Shown here: piece after piece, positions 40,726 to 52,224 of the stretch
How positions within the stretch are numbered: the stretch's first letter is position 1
Layout: every line of letters begins with the position of its first letter
From: a virus
Taxonomy: Duplodnaviria; Caudoviricetes
IMG/VR virus record: IMGVR_UViG_3300005973_000002
Length of the DNA: 64,000 nucleotides
Reading direction: 5' to 3' (one strand)
Position numbers and translations under genes: made by a program
Notes under the pieces: model-generated
What the model was told of the DNA's origin: nothing
What the model saw: the letters and a program-made list of their open reading frames with translations, nothing else
Databases searched by the model: none

Positions 40726-43700
40726 CTAAAAACTTTGCGTACAAAAAGTCTCTTTTGAATTTTCGGTCAAAAAATATTCATGCCAATAAGCTTCGCCATT
40801 TTCATTAACAAAAGGAGTTACATCAAGCAATTTACGACCAAGCGTGTCAACAAAATAAAGCTTCTCACCAAGCAGTATCAGCCATGGGTTGTGTAAATCA
40901 TAGTAATTTATTGCTCGAAAATCTTCACTAGAAGGCTTGAGGTTGATGACCATGAAAAGCGTGTTGGAAAGTACCTTTTTTCCAACTTCATCTCTGTTGC
41001 ACGCCACTGGATATACCGTAGCAGTATTGCAGAACCTGAACAATTTCCCAGGTTTCATGATTACCCCATCAAAACTTACAAAAGATCGTCGTCATCATCA
41101 TCTAATGACTCTTCCGATTCAACGTTGACAGTGAGCCCCATATCTTCCAAATCAGAAATGAGCTGCTCTAAGTTTTCTTCATACTCGCCATCATCCATTT
41201 CATCATAATTGATTTCAGTTTGAACCATAAGCGACACTAGCATCTTTTTCATGAGTTTCTCCAAAGTTAAACAAATCTAAGAAATTGGTTATCAAGACTT
41301 GATATTGTACATTTGTTCGTATTTTTGTTTTTGTTCTTTGGTCATATCCTGGTATCTACGAACTGTCTTACCCCTGATGAACTTTCCATGATTTTCATTC
41401 CATCGAATGGAAGGCTCGTCGAAGGACCCAACGTAATACAACTTCTCAGACTCATCAAACTTAAACATAGTCTGATCAGAATTAAAACGACCAAAAATTT
41501 TAACAATTTTTATTTTCTTGTTTCCTTTTTGATGCTTGGTCTTGAATTTGATGCCAGCTCGCTTGAGCATTTCAGTGAATTGTTTAAAATCAGTCATGCT
41601 TAAAAAACAAAGTTAAGTGCTATAAATTTGGCTTGATCACCGAACCAAATAACTGGATGTTTGCCGTCTTTGATTGGCCAAGGAGTATTGTTTAGGTGTG
41701 TTCTAATCAGATCAAGTTCGGAACCATTGGCAACAACCATAATCTGCTCTGCATTCAGAATAAATTGCCCAGGGCCCGGTTCTTCCTTTTGTTTTTCAGT
41801 CTTTTTTGATTTAAGGATGTCAGCTCTAAATGGATTTTCTTCTCCCGCTTCCCAGGAGAAGGTAACGGCCTGATTAATTTCGTCTGTGGACATCTTTCTA
41901 TGAAAGCGTTTAAGTCTAAGTGCCGAATTAGGCCAAATTTGAACGGTGATGGTCATTAGCCCTTACCTTTGTTAGATGGCGACAATGCCAACAAACGAAA
42001 TTTTCTCATGTCTTTTCTGATTTTTTTAATCAATTTTTGAGTTCTCTTAGAAGGAGACTTGGTAAGAAATCCTCTGCCCCGAAACTTATCATAGTCTGGC
42101 AATCTGGTAAACTGTGTTGCAGTAATGTCAACCACTTCACCAGTTTTACGATGTTTTAAAAGCCAATGTATATCACCCTCATGTCTAAGAGTTCCAGGCT
42201 TCCACTCTGAACTATTGTTACAAAGATGATAAAAAGCTTCAGAAGCAACATAGCAGTGACCTTTCAGTTGATTTGATTCGCCTCTGTATTTGGGCTTTCT
42301 CAAATCATCTGAAAGGTTCTTTTTAATAAGCCTGATTATTGTTTCGTTTTTCACTTCTTTTTTGGAAAGAATTTGCTAAGTCGTCGCATCGTGCTTGCAA
42401 GTTGGCGCATTCTTCGACGACTATCATCATACCATTCACGATCCAGTCGCTCACGTTGGCCCATCTGCTTTACAACCTCATTGAGGAAATCGATTGTGTT
42501 GTGTACGTCTGTAGAAATGTCAATCCACTCTTGAGTAAACTGAACCTCTTTAGCAGTTTTTCGTTCTTTACGTCTCCTTTTCTCTATATCTTTAACAGTG
42601 ACACCCAGCTCTTCGGCCAATTCTTTCTTGCACCTATTGGCCCGCCTTCGCTGAATTTTCAGCAAGTTTTTGCGGTACCATTCAAGACAAAGTTGAAATT
42701 CATTTATTTGTTCAATATTCTCAAAATTAGTATATATTTGCTCGACCCTCGGTATAGAACGGCCATAAACTTTGTTGAGAATGTCTTCAGGAATTTCAGG
42801 GGGAGAACGCAACTGACGAATTTTTCGATTTGCGGGAGTGTCTGCAAGGTCGTTGGTGATTTCCAAATCAGGAAAATCCTCTTTCATCACTGACAAAACA
42901 TGGCGCTTATTAAAACTCCAAAGATTCAACTTTTCGTCAAACCCCCATTTCTGGGAAAAAACCATCCATTCATCTGGCGGATCATCCACATGGCGAATTA
43001 ATCGCCACGGACGTTCTTTGAGCTTTTTTCCAAAGCCTTGCCTGTGAGTTTCAGTCGGATGAAGCTTTAAAACGAAATCACCAACCCGCCGTTCAATATG
43101 TTTTCGATCTGGCCAAGGCGACCAAGGAAGTTCACCAAATTCAGGTCTTGGATTGAGTCTGCAATCTAGGTCATCAAGATTATATGGAATGTGAAATGCA
43201 AAAGTTCTTCCCTCACGGAAGTGAGGCACTTCTACCAATTCTTCTTTGTAGTGTGACACATATCCCCCTAGAGGTTAGGGTTTATTGCTTAGGTTTCGGA
43301 CAAAGTATAGCATGAACCTGATCGCCTTCGAACCCATTGGGCAATTTATCAACATCGTTCTTATCTTCGAGATATATTTCCCAGCAAAATACACCATTTG
43401 ATGTTGTCCCGGAACCAACAGCCCATGCAGACTTTGCTCCGTTTTCTCTGCAATGTTCAAAAAGTCTCTGATGAGGTGCTTTTAGCATTTTCGGATTTAG
43501 TCTGCTCTTTTTCTTTAGCTTTTTCATACTTTAAAGCTCTCTCTGCCGCTCTTTTATGTTCAGAAATGGCATATGCCTCCTGACTAAGAACGGTGAACAC
43601 CAGGGGATATCCTGCCAATTTACCATTTGTCTCTTTCAAGACAACTTCTTTGAATTCACTATTTTCAAGGTAAATTCTCATACGCCTATTACGGCTACCA

Positions 43701-45588
43701 TCGCCTTCAATTGCAGCCCCCCAAGCATCATTACCAATTTTCTTATTGAGGGCGAAGAATGCCTTTTCCCAATCTTCTAAGTTTTCGAATTTGCGTCCAT
43801 CCATCAGCTGTCCATATTTTTTTCTTTTAAGCCAGCAAACACTGGATATCCGTCTACTTCCTTGGGAAGTGCTTCTACCAATTCACGGGAGTAGAGTTGC
43901 GCAGCAATCGCATATTTTCCGTTGGAAAGATTTATAGTGATATCAAAATCGGCTACTTTCTTCTTAAAGTGTGCCAAAAAAGCTTCTTCTAGTTTGCTCT
44001 TTGCCTCTTGTACGCCAACAATACTATTGTTCATAATCAGCTCAACTTGTCTGGGTCAAATGGCTCATACTCAATTTGAGCCCTTGCCACCTGGCATTTA
44101 CCTGCGCAATAATACTTTTTCCAAATATCTCCACTTTCTTCACCTTTACCGGACAAGGTAAAAAGAATCATTGGATACTTGGTTGAAAGTGCCCTCATAT
44201 CTTCATCGTGTCGATACCACTTTATGCTATCGCCGTAACCTTTCGCAACTTCCTTAATTATTTCCCACTTTTCATCCTTGGCAAGCTCCTCTTCAAAGAC
44301 CGATGAAAAACGATCCTCGTGAGCCAGAAAGCGGTATTCCAATTCGTAATTTGTATAATATCCCATTAATTCATATCTCCGTGGGCTGGGATTTCTCCAG
44401 TTGCCATTATATGTTCATAAATGGCGTTCTGTACGGCTTTTTGATAACGTTCAGTTATTTCTTTTTGGGCTGCTTCTTGTTTACGAGTTTCGGCCTCGAT
44501 GTTTGCCTTATACTCATCAAGAATTTTATTAAGTTTTTTTGTAAGGAATTTTGGCGAAGTATACACGCTAGTCAAATATCCCAAAATAAACGAGAAAAGT
44601 CCAACAACTACAGTTATTAGAATATAAATCATCAGTTGGCTTCCATGTGACCCTTTTCGATAAGTTGAAACCTTCTCATTTCTTCATGATGGCGATTGGA
44701 TTCTTTCATACAAGAATTCATTCCAAAAAACATCATTGAAACAAGTCCGATTAGAATTGTTCCTCTTGTCAGAGTTCCAATTATTTCTCCTGCGTCAATG
44801 TTCATTTTCCGACTCTTCCGTTTTATATTGTTTACTGCTCCAAACTGGTCTAAAACCTTCTTCCACAATCAAACACTCTGCCTTTAGCCATGCTTCCTCA
44901 AAGGAAAATCGGGTTCTCGAAAGAAAATCGTCAGTTCTTGATGAAGGCATGGGCTCATATTCAAACTGACCTTTTTTGTTCAGTACGTACATGTTATCCA
45001 TGACAATCACCCATTTATCCGGCCCACGCCATTCAATGCCAACTTGAGGCTGAATGCCCTTTTTAACCTGCTGTTCTCTTTCAGCAAGAACATTTGTTCT
45101 TGCGCATTCGAGCATCTTTTCTGACTGCGCTTTAGACATAAAATTCTCCTCGGTCATTGTTTCCACCGGTCGAAATAACCTCTAAACCACGCTTCTCACA
45201 ATAAGACTTTACTTGCGAGTCAAATTTCTTGGTAATCTTCATGACTCCATTTCGATCAATTCTTGAAGAAGCGTCAAAAACAAGTCGATCAGACCGAACG
45301 TCAATCGGTTCCATTTTTATCCCTCGCTTCAAAGTAAATGTCCATTAGGTACATCAGCTGTTCTCCATTGTCACCATCGCCACCTACCGCCCAACAAAAA
45401 TAGTCGTCATTGAAAATGAAATCTAAGGTGGCAATAGCTTCCATCAGAGCTATGGATTCTGGATGATGCTCTGCTCCAGTTTCCCAGCGTTTGTTAACAT
45501 CGGTTTCAATATTAACAAGGCTATATGGAACAGTTTCGGCAAGTTGCTTCTGCCAATATTCTTTTTTAAGAATATCTTCTGCTTTCAT
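40726..45588 (-). CDS. Run of about 14 hypothetical ORFs (including 41956-42354, 42351-43259, 44037-44366, 44795-45166, 45301-45588)
   Basis: Dense coupled ORFs; 42351-43259 shares the basic helix motif of the 9.8-11.5 kb paralogs. Confidence 0.55.
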
Positions 45589-45610
45589 GACAAGTCTTCG
45601 TTGAGGTTAA

Positions 45611-45694
45611 TACCCAGGGTGGGACTCGAACCCACAAGGGCTTGCGCCCGGAAGATTTTGAATCTCCTACGTATGCCAATTCCGTCACCTGGGC
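45611..45694 (-). tRNA. trnL: tRNA-Leu (anticodon CAA)
   Basis: GCCCAGG/CCTGGGT acceptor, GGAGA-TTCAAAA-TCTTC anticodon arm, long variable arm, GTGGGTTCGAGTCCCAC; CCA not encoded. Confidence 0.93.
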
Positions 45695-45697
45695 ATG

Positions 45698-47270
45698 CTA
45701 CTTAGTTTTTTTTGTTGCCGAAGCCAGTACATCTTCGAAAATTTTCAGTAGAGTTTTTGAAGATAAACCTTCATCATTTTCCATATCATATGGTTCTTTT
45801 GAATCTGTTAAAGGAGACAACTTATCAGAAAGTTTTTTCTCGGCTGCTGCCCTTTCTTCAGCTCTGATTGCCATTTCACGGCAAGCTAATGCAAAAGCAT
45901 CTTCTATCTTGGTTTTGTCAAGAGACACGCCAGACAGAACAAAGCGTGTTGCCACATCCGGGTCCATTTTTTCCATGCATGCTTTGATAAAAGCAGCGTC
46001 AAGATCTTGAACATCATCTACAAACTTCATATTGATATGAATATACCCTCTCTTATATGTGTATTTATTACTCTGCCAAGATTTCGAACATATTCTCGAT
46101 CTCTTCTTTAATCTTGGCTTTTTGCTGAGACCTGATCATGTATCCCCATTTGCGCTGGGTGGTGCGCATAATATTGACCCATACAGCCTTTTCGTCAGTT
46201 AGGAGCTGCCCTCTAACGTAAACGTAACCATCATCCGCACGAAACTGTGCCGCTTCAACAAACATTACAGTCTTTTCCTTGTGAAGGAACTGATCTGACT
46301 GTGCAAAGGAATTACCCGCTCCAGCACCGCCCTGTAACATAAAGGCATTAAAATTATCTTCACCGCCAGTTTCTACGATATCCTCTTCAAGAGAGTAATA
46401 AAGATCCTGTTTCGTTTTTAGCAGGGTGCCCTTCTTGAAGGTCTTAATCTGCGGAATAATACGAAACATCTTTACTCGGGTTGGCTCGTACTCTTCTTCA
46501 TTCATATAGTACCCATCCTTACCTGTCGTTTTAGACTCCCGTTTATTCCTAGGAATGTCTATAACAATCAAGACTGAACACTTCTATACAGTGGTTTCGC
46601 TTTTATGCTCCTACAGCATAGCATAGCTTGGATTGGTTCTGAACCTGCTCAGGTTTCCTACCGACGTCCAGTAGTTCGAAGCCGTTTTGCCTCCTCAAGC
46701 ATTTCCTCCACAGTCCATCTTTTGGGCTTCGCAGGAGCCTCAGCCTTTTTATGTGTTACGTACGGCTTATTACTTGTAGCCATTTCTTCAAGCTTGCTTG
46801 CCATTTCACAACGATGGCACTGCTGCCCAAAGCCTTTGTGCCCACAAGAAAAACGTTTACGATTGCCACTTGCCATTTATTGTACCCCTACCTTATCTTA
46901 GAATATTAATCTAATTTTCTTTATCGAATTAAGCCCCTGAAATCATCTTTGCAAATGAAATAGCATAAATCCATCCTGTTTCGCTCGGTTCAAAACGAGC
47001 TACAGGCGAATTGCCAATCTTCAAAAAGTGAGGATCCAAACACTTAGACTTGACACCACGATCAAGAATTGATTTATCCTCGTACACAAGGATTTTGTTG
47101 CCACCATGATTGAAACAATCGGGATAGTTTGCTTCAACTACCGCAACCTTGCCAAAGTCAAGTCGTCTTTTTACTTTAAAACTGTATTTGTCAGGATACC
47201 CATCATTCACAGGTGTTCCACCCCAACTATAACTTGGTAAATCATCCGAAAACATTTTTTTGAATCCCAC
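45698..47270 (-). CDS. Four hypothetical ORFs (45698-46030, 46068-46571, 46658-46876 Zn-ribbon-like, 46929-47270)
   Basis: CGH..CHRC in 46658-46876; the others are unassigned. Confidence 0.5.
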
Positions 47271-47272
47271 GA

Positions 47273-47605
47273 TTACTCCGCTTCGGCTTTGGGGTTATCA
47301 ACTGGTTCAGGATCGAGAGTCCATCTCATAAAAGATTGAATTCTAATCTCTTCTCCAAACTTTTTGTTCTGCTCATCCAAAACTTGGATAACCTGTTTTG
47401 AATCATCAAAAAGCCAGGATTGCTCTAGCAGAGCATCAACACTCTCAGGTGCATTACTAGCAATATGCATTAGCATATTATCAACAAAAGTTAAAAACTC
47501 ACTATTTCGTGCAACAAAATCAGTATTGCAAGAAACCTCAATAAGCACGGCAAGACGATTGTTATGGTATTGGTATGTTCGAATTACACCTTCACGCTTA
47601 GTCAT
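47273..47605 (-). CDS. tsf: Elongation factor Ts core-domain fragment
   Basis: REGVIRTY.H..RLAVLIEVSCNTDFVARN.EF, HIAS..P, LLEQ.W..D, FGEEIRI..F.R; no N-terminal helical domain. Confidence 0.8.
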   Translation of the reverse strand: MTKREGVIRTYQYHNNRLAVLIEVSCNTDFVARNSEFLTFVDNMLMHIASNAPESVDALLEQSWLFDDSKQVIQVLDEQNKKFGEEIRIQSFMRWTLDPEPVDNPKAEAE

Positions 47606-47923
47606 TTAATACCTCCGATATGTACCACAAGCCGTTACTTTAGCCAAATTCATTTCTATTTTCCCACTCGATGTGTTTCATATGAAGCACCGGGGTTTTT
47701 TCGCTGACTACCAAGCAAATGGTCATTCTGTGCTTCAGCCAATAAAACAAAGACAACTCCTTGTTTTTGTGTCGGCCGTATGGCTGGAAACTCCTAAATA
47801 AGAGCTTTTCACCTTCTGGTACCGATACTTGATTGTATCTCTCATCAAAATTAGAGAAAGTATGTTCTTTTGTCGTAACATACATTTCACCATATTTGAG
47901 TTGGGTGTATTTTACATATTTTG

Positions 47924-48220
47924 TCATTTGACCACTGCCCAAATAGCATCTTGCGGAACTACAAGATAGTCTATGTCGTCAACCTTTACCTTTAAACCTG
48001 AATGTGGCCTGTACACAACGTTCATTCCAACACTTAGGCGGCCAAGAACATTCAGTTCTGTTGAAACCTTTGGACCGATGGCAACAATAGTTGCTATGTT
48101 CTCATCACGTTGAACAGTTTGAGGAACAATAATCTTATTTTCAATTTTGGATTTATCTTGCTCTTCTCTTTGCTCTATCCTAAGGACGATTTTATCGTCT
48201 GTTGGTCTGAGTTTTGTCAT
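47924..48220 (-). CDS. groES: Co-chaperonin GroES
   Basis: LRPTDDKIV, IIVP, ATIVAIGP, VGMNVVY...G..VKVD..DYLVV...IWAVV. Confidence 0.85.
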   Translation of the reverse strand: MTKLRPTDDKIVLRIEQREEQDKSKIENKIIVPQTVQRDENIATIVAIGPKVSTELNVLGRLSVGMNVVYRPHSGLKVKVDDIDYLVVPQDAIWAVVK

Positions 48221-48525
48221 TTTTGCACCATTATTACTTCTTCGTGCACTTCAATGGGCGGGGCTGTCTTTTCCCATGGCCGACGCATTTCAAAACGAAG
48301 ACGCAACTCGCCTTCTCTCTTTGGCTTTAGAGTGTGTATTAGTTTTATACCACTTCCCACTGTCATGGTGTCTGGGTTGTATGGCTTTACTGCCCGAGCA
48401 TTAACATATTCGAAGTCACCAATCGACATGTGTTGCCAAACATATCCAGTTGAAGCATTTGACTCAAGTATTACCTCTACCATTTCTCCGGCAGAAACAA
48501 ATCTCACATTATCATTATTATTCAT
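48217..48525 (-). CDS. Chagasin/I42-family cysteine protease inhibitor
   Basis: LESNASTGYVW (NPTTGY-like), GSG, EMRRPWE loops. Confidence 0.8.
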   Translation of the reverse strand: MNNNDNVRFVSAGEMVEVILESNASTGYVWQHMSIGDFEYVNARAVKPYNPDTMTVGSGIKLIHTLKPKREGELRLRFEMRRPWEKTAPPIEVHEEVIMVQK

Positions 48526-48724
48526 TCATTTCCTCATCTTGTTCTTTGGTAAAACCATAAGGACAATGTCGGCATAAGCTTTGACAGCAATATCCTCTTT
48601 CCCGGAGGAAGTATGCAGTTAACACTTTTTTACCAGTAAATGGGTCTCTATACCAAAAATTTTTGTTAGCTACTGCGGCTTCATGCAAATTAATTTGCTT
48701 TTGAGTAAGTTTCTTGTTTGCCAT
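48518..48724 (-). CDS. DUF5522-like small Cys-rich protein
   Basis: LTAYFLRERGYCCQSLCRHCPYG. Confidence 0.7.
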   Translation of the reverse strand: MANKKLTQKQINLHEAAVANKNFWYRDPFTGKKVLTAYFLRERGYCCQSLCRHCPYGFTKEQDEEMNE

Positions 48725-48753
48725 TTCAGAATTTACTCCATTGCAAACAAATT

Positions 48754-49434
48754 TTATTTATTGTTTTTGGCTCGTTTAATATAAGAAATAGAGATATCGC
48801 ATGTAACTTCTGCTTTTCCAGCATGGATTTCGATAGCATTGCTATTTTCTTCCAATGCGGCATTTGCTGTCATTGTACGAACAGCCCGACTACGATACTT
48901 TTCATCTTCGCTGTAACGAACAGTCCAACTCCCAACTGTATATGCCTTTGGATCTTTTCCTAAAACCTTGCACTCAGATTCAAAACGCTTTTGACATTTA
49001 TCGAATGCTTTCTTGAGTGCTTGTGTTGAAAGCTCAGATTTGTTTTTTACATCAAACGTTGGTTCGTCTACTGTTACACCTGTAATATTTGTCAACGAAT
49101 CATGAATTTTGCTAACTTTGTCCAACTCCGACGTGTGAAAAACCATCCCATAGTTAGCCGTGTATCCAACGAGCTTGTGCTCTCCTGAGCGGTGTTCCCA
49201 TTCTCGTTTTGGTGCGACGCTAACGTTGGTTCTAAGATTCTCAACAGCACCTTCTTCTTTGTAGGACTCATATAGTTCTGTCATTTTAGACACTACAGTC
49301 TTTGAAGCTTCCTTTGCTTCCTTACCAGTTTCGCCCGTGGCTGAGGCCGAAGCCACGAAGCGAGCCATGTCAAAATCAGCTACAGCTGCCCCTTGAGCAG
49401 AAACAGACGTAACAAACTTATCGTCATTTCTCAT
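48754..49434 (-). CDS. SIMPL/DUF541 domain protein
   Basis: VSAQG.A...D.A, GY.ANY, F.V......ALKKAF, final VTCDISISY strand. Confidence 0.65.
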   Translation of the reverse strand: MRNDDKFVTSVSAQGAAVADFDMARFVASASATGETGKEAKEASKTVVSKMTELYESYKEEGAVENLRTNVSVAPKREWEHRSGEHKLVGYTANYGMVFHTSELDKVSKIHDSLTNITGVTVDEPTFDVKNKSELSTQALKKAFDKCQKRFESECKVLGKDPKAYTVGSWTVRYSEDEKYRSRAVRTMTANAALEENSNAIEIHAGKAEVTCDISISYIKRAKNNK

Positions 49435-49457
49435 TTATAATCCTTTCGTATAGCTAC

Positions 49458-49486
49458 ACTATACCACTGATCAGTACGTGACTAAA
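49458..49486 (-). promoter_or_regulatory. sigma70-like promoter
   Basis: TTTAGT (49486-49481), 17 nt, TGG-TATAGT (49463-49458); AAAGGA SD follows. Confidence 0.55.
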
Positions 49487-50282
49487 CCACTGGGGCAATA
49501 ATCTTAATCGTCTTGTTAAGTCTTAAACGTTTCCATTTTTGTTGGCCAACTCCGTAAGGTTTTGTTGTCCAAGCCTTGTATCGGTGAAAACCATCAATTA
49601 CTCGAAATCCACCACCCTTTTTAGGAATTGCTACAATGGCAGGGTACCAACCTTTGGTGGAATTCCATAATCTATTTAGCAACTTATTGCTTCCAAGCCC
49701 ATGCCAAGGGCAAAACCAGACATATTCTTGATATATCGAATTTGAGCATCGCTTTAATATTTCTTTATCAGCATATACTTCTTCAACAGGTACTTCAATT
49801 AGCTTCCAGCTTTTATACTGTTCAACTTCGGGTAACAAGGAATCGTATTCCTGCTCAAGAACAAACCTAACTCGCTCGGAATTTGATCGTTTATTAAATT
49901 CCTCCACCCGTTCCAAAAGAACAACCTCGGCTCCTGGTTTAGCAAAGACACCTTCAATTTCGTCTCCGTAGTAACCACCACAAGTCTCAACTACGAACAA
50001 ATCATCAACGTTTTCAAAAAGTTTTTTCAAAAACCTCACAGCCAATGCAAAGCCCAATTTTCCTTCGTTACCTTGACCATCTTGAAAAAAAGTTTCGGCC
50101 AAGCCGACAGCGCCAAAGACTGTTATCGGCTTGATTCGAGTGCTTTCAATGGTGCCGCATCGACAAATCTCATCACAACCATATGCATTGCAATCGTGAT
50201 AATAATCAGCTTCAACATGGAGACGATCCCGCCAATCACCTGACAGATTGAGAACAATTTTTCCTTTGTTTTCCTTGTTCAT
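49482..50282 (-). CDS. Hypothetical protein with C-terminal ParB/Srx-like motif
   Basis: PAIVA..GFRVIDGFHRYKA. Confidence 0.55.
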   Translation of the reverse strand: MNKENKGKIVLNLSGDWRDRLHVEADYYHDCNAYGCDEICRCGTIESTRIKPITVFGAVGLAETFFQDGQGNEGKLGFALAVRFLKKLFENVDDLFVVETCGGYYGDEIEGVFAKPGAEVVLLERVEEFNKRSNSERVRFVLEQEYDSLLPEVEQYKSWKLIEVPVEEVYADKEILKRCSNSIYQEYVWFCPWHGLGSNKLLNRLWNSTKGWYPAIVAIPKKGGGFRVIDGFHRYKAWTTKPYGVGQQKWKRLRLNKTIKIIAPVV

Positions 50283-50327
50283 TGATTCACCTATTTTAAA
50301 TAAAACTGGGGAATATGTACTAAACAA

Positions 50328-50366
50328 AAGCACACCTGTGCAGGTGACACCTGTGCAGGTGTGCTT
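50328..50366. repeat. Tandem duplication of the palindrome CACCTG-TG-CAGGTG inside a larger inverted repeat
   Basis: 14-mer at 50333-50346 and 50348-50361, flanked by AAGCA/TGCTT. Confidence 0.85.
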
Positions 50367-50389
50367 GGGATTAATTCAATGCAAACTAA

Positions 50390-51367
50390 TCACTGACCCA
50401 TGTTCATGATTAGAGGAGTTTGCTGATCCCCGCCACCAAGAATCACAGTGCGAGTATTTTCATTGGTTGTAATATCTCTGGTAGCATCGATTGCACGAAG
50501 CCGTAGAAGTTCGGGCGTAATCGAGCGAGAAAGGATTTCATTGGCTTCGGCTTCTGCACGGGCACGAATCAAGCGTGATTCTGCGTCTCTGTTTGCTTGA
50601 ATGATAGCAACACGACGCTGTCCTTCTGCCTCGGCAGTTGCACGTTCTGCTTCCTGTTCGGCGGTACGAATTGCCTGCTCACGCTCGTTACCCTGTTGAC
50701 GCTGACGCTGAACCGAGGCGATAGACTCACGAATTTCAGGCGGGAGCGCAATATTACGTAGTTGCACGTCATCAATTTGAATAGAATATGATTCCAAATT
50801 CCGCTGTTCAAGTGCATTAGAAATGCGACGTCGAACAAGTCGCACCATTTCACGTCCAAGCTCATCACGACTCGTGGAAACCGCAGCTACGGCATCATAT
50901 TCTCGCACAGCTTCACGGACAGCAGTGCGAACTGAAGTTTCAACAACTGACTGTTGATAATTCGGCATATATCGTCGGACGCCCGGCGCCTGGCCTGAAT
51001 TAAGATGGTAAAGAACCGTAACATCGAGTGTCATTGACAACTGGTCAGAAGACATAGCGTGTAGCGCAGATACCCCAGCCATTGTTATATTTTGCGTCTG
51101 TATGGACATTTCATCAACTGTTGCGAAGGGATTTACAAAATGAAAACCCTCATCTAAAGTATAATTCTGCACAGAGCCAAAAACAATTGGTACACCTATA
51201 TGACCAGTCTGCACCTGAACTGCGGACGCTAATCCAAAAAACACTAACGATAGCACCAGACCACCAGCTGCACCAAGTCTGGTAAAATTAGCTGCATCCT
51301 CTAGAAAGAAACTGACAACAAATGCGCCAATAGCCAAGAAGGCTAATACAATTGCTACATAAATCAC
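50390..51367 (-). CDS. SPFH/prohibitin family membrane protein
   Basis: N-terminal TM helices, GFHFVNPF, DVTVLY, IDDVQLRNIALPPEI, AEAE coiled coil. Confidence 0.9.
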   Translation of the reverse strand: MIYVAIVLAFLAIGAFVVSFFLEDAANFTRLGAAGGLVLSLVFFGLASAVQVQTGHIGVPIVFGSVQNYTLDEGFHFVNPFATVDEMSIQTQNITMAGVSALHAMSSDQLSMTLDVTVLYHLNSGQAPGVRRYMPNYQQSVVETSVRTAVREAVREYDAVAAVSTSRDELGREMVRLVRRRISNALEQRNLESYSIQIDDVQLRNIALPPEIRESIASVQRQRQQGNEREQAIRTAEQEAERATAEAEGQRRVAIIQANRDAESRLIRARAEAEANEILSRSITPELLRLRAIDATRDITTNENTRTVILGGGDQQTPLIMNMGQ

Positions 51368-52224
51368 GATTATTATCCTCCGTCACCTATATGGTGATTC
51401 TTTGTTTGTTCCACGTTTTGCTAGTTCTTCATTCAGCATTTTAAGGTTATCCTTAAGAGAAGCAGTAGTTGACTGCTCCAAAATAGTCAGACGTTTTAGA
51501 CGTTCTGAACGCTTTTTTAACTCGGTCGAACAGACCCAGCCAAAAATAACTCCACAAACAAACGTGGCACTAATCAAAATTGTTACAAGCATATCAAGTC
51601 TCATTTATATCTTGAGATTATCTTCATGAATTCATTGCCAAGCTTGGTAGCAAGCACTAAGCCAACAGCAATCGCTATCAAAGCAACTGACCCAGCACCG
51701 ATTGTAATTCCAGTCCAAAATGTTAGTTCTGCTTCAAAAGCAGTTCCAAAAATCTTTGAGAAGACCAACTACTAGCCATATCGTTAAGCCAATAGTAACA
51801 ACTGCGCCAATCAAAACCCCAAATGCAAAAAAGTAACCGCTCATTATTCGTCCTCGTCTAAGTCATCGTAGAATGAAACTTCTCTCTTGACAAACCTGAT
51901 AATAGATTCGCCATATGACCCCCTGTTTCCAGCGAGGCCCAACTTAATTGTCTCCTCTTCGCTCTCTTCTACGAGAAGATTAATTTGAAATCCTTTACCT
52001 ATCACAATTTCTTCCCTTTGGTCGAAACACCATACGTTAGCCTTATAAGAGTACGCAATTGTCGGTTTATAACCCAACCAAAAATTCCGGCTACAACTGC
52101 GACAGTAGCCGCTCCAGATGCAAATCCAATCCAGAACATGTTCTACTTATCTTATCGGCCTGATAATATCTTTTAAAAGAATAACCTGAATTACCAAAAA
52201 GCTTTGAGTATGCATCTTTAAGAT

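Noticed and set aside
46612-46628. AGCAT microrepeat
   Set aside because: Only about three short units; expected by chance or part of a local hairpin.
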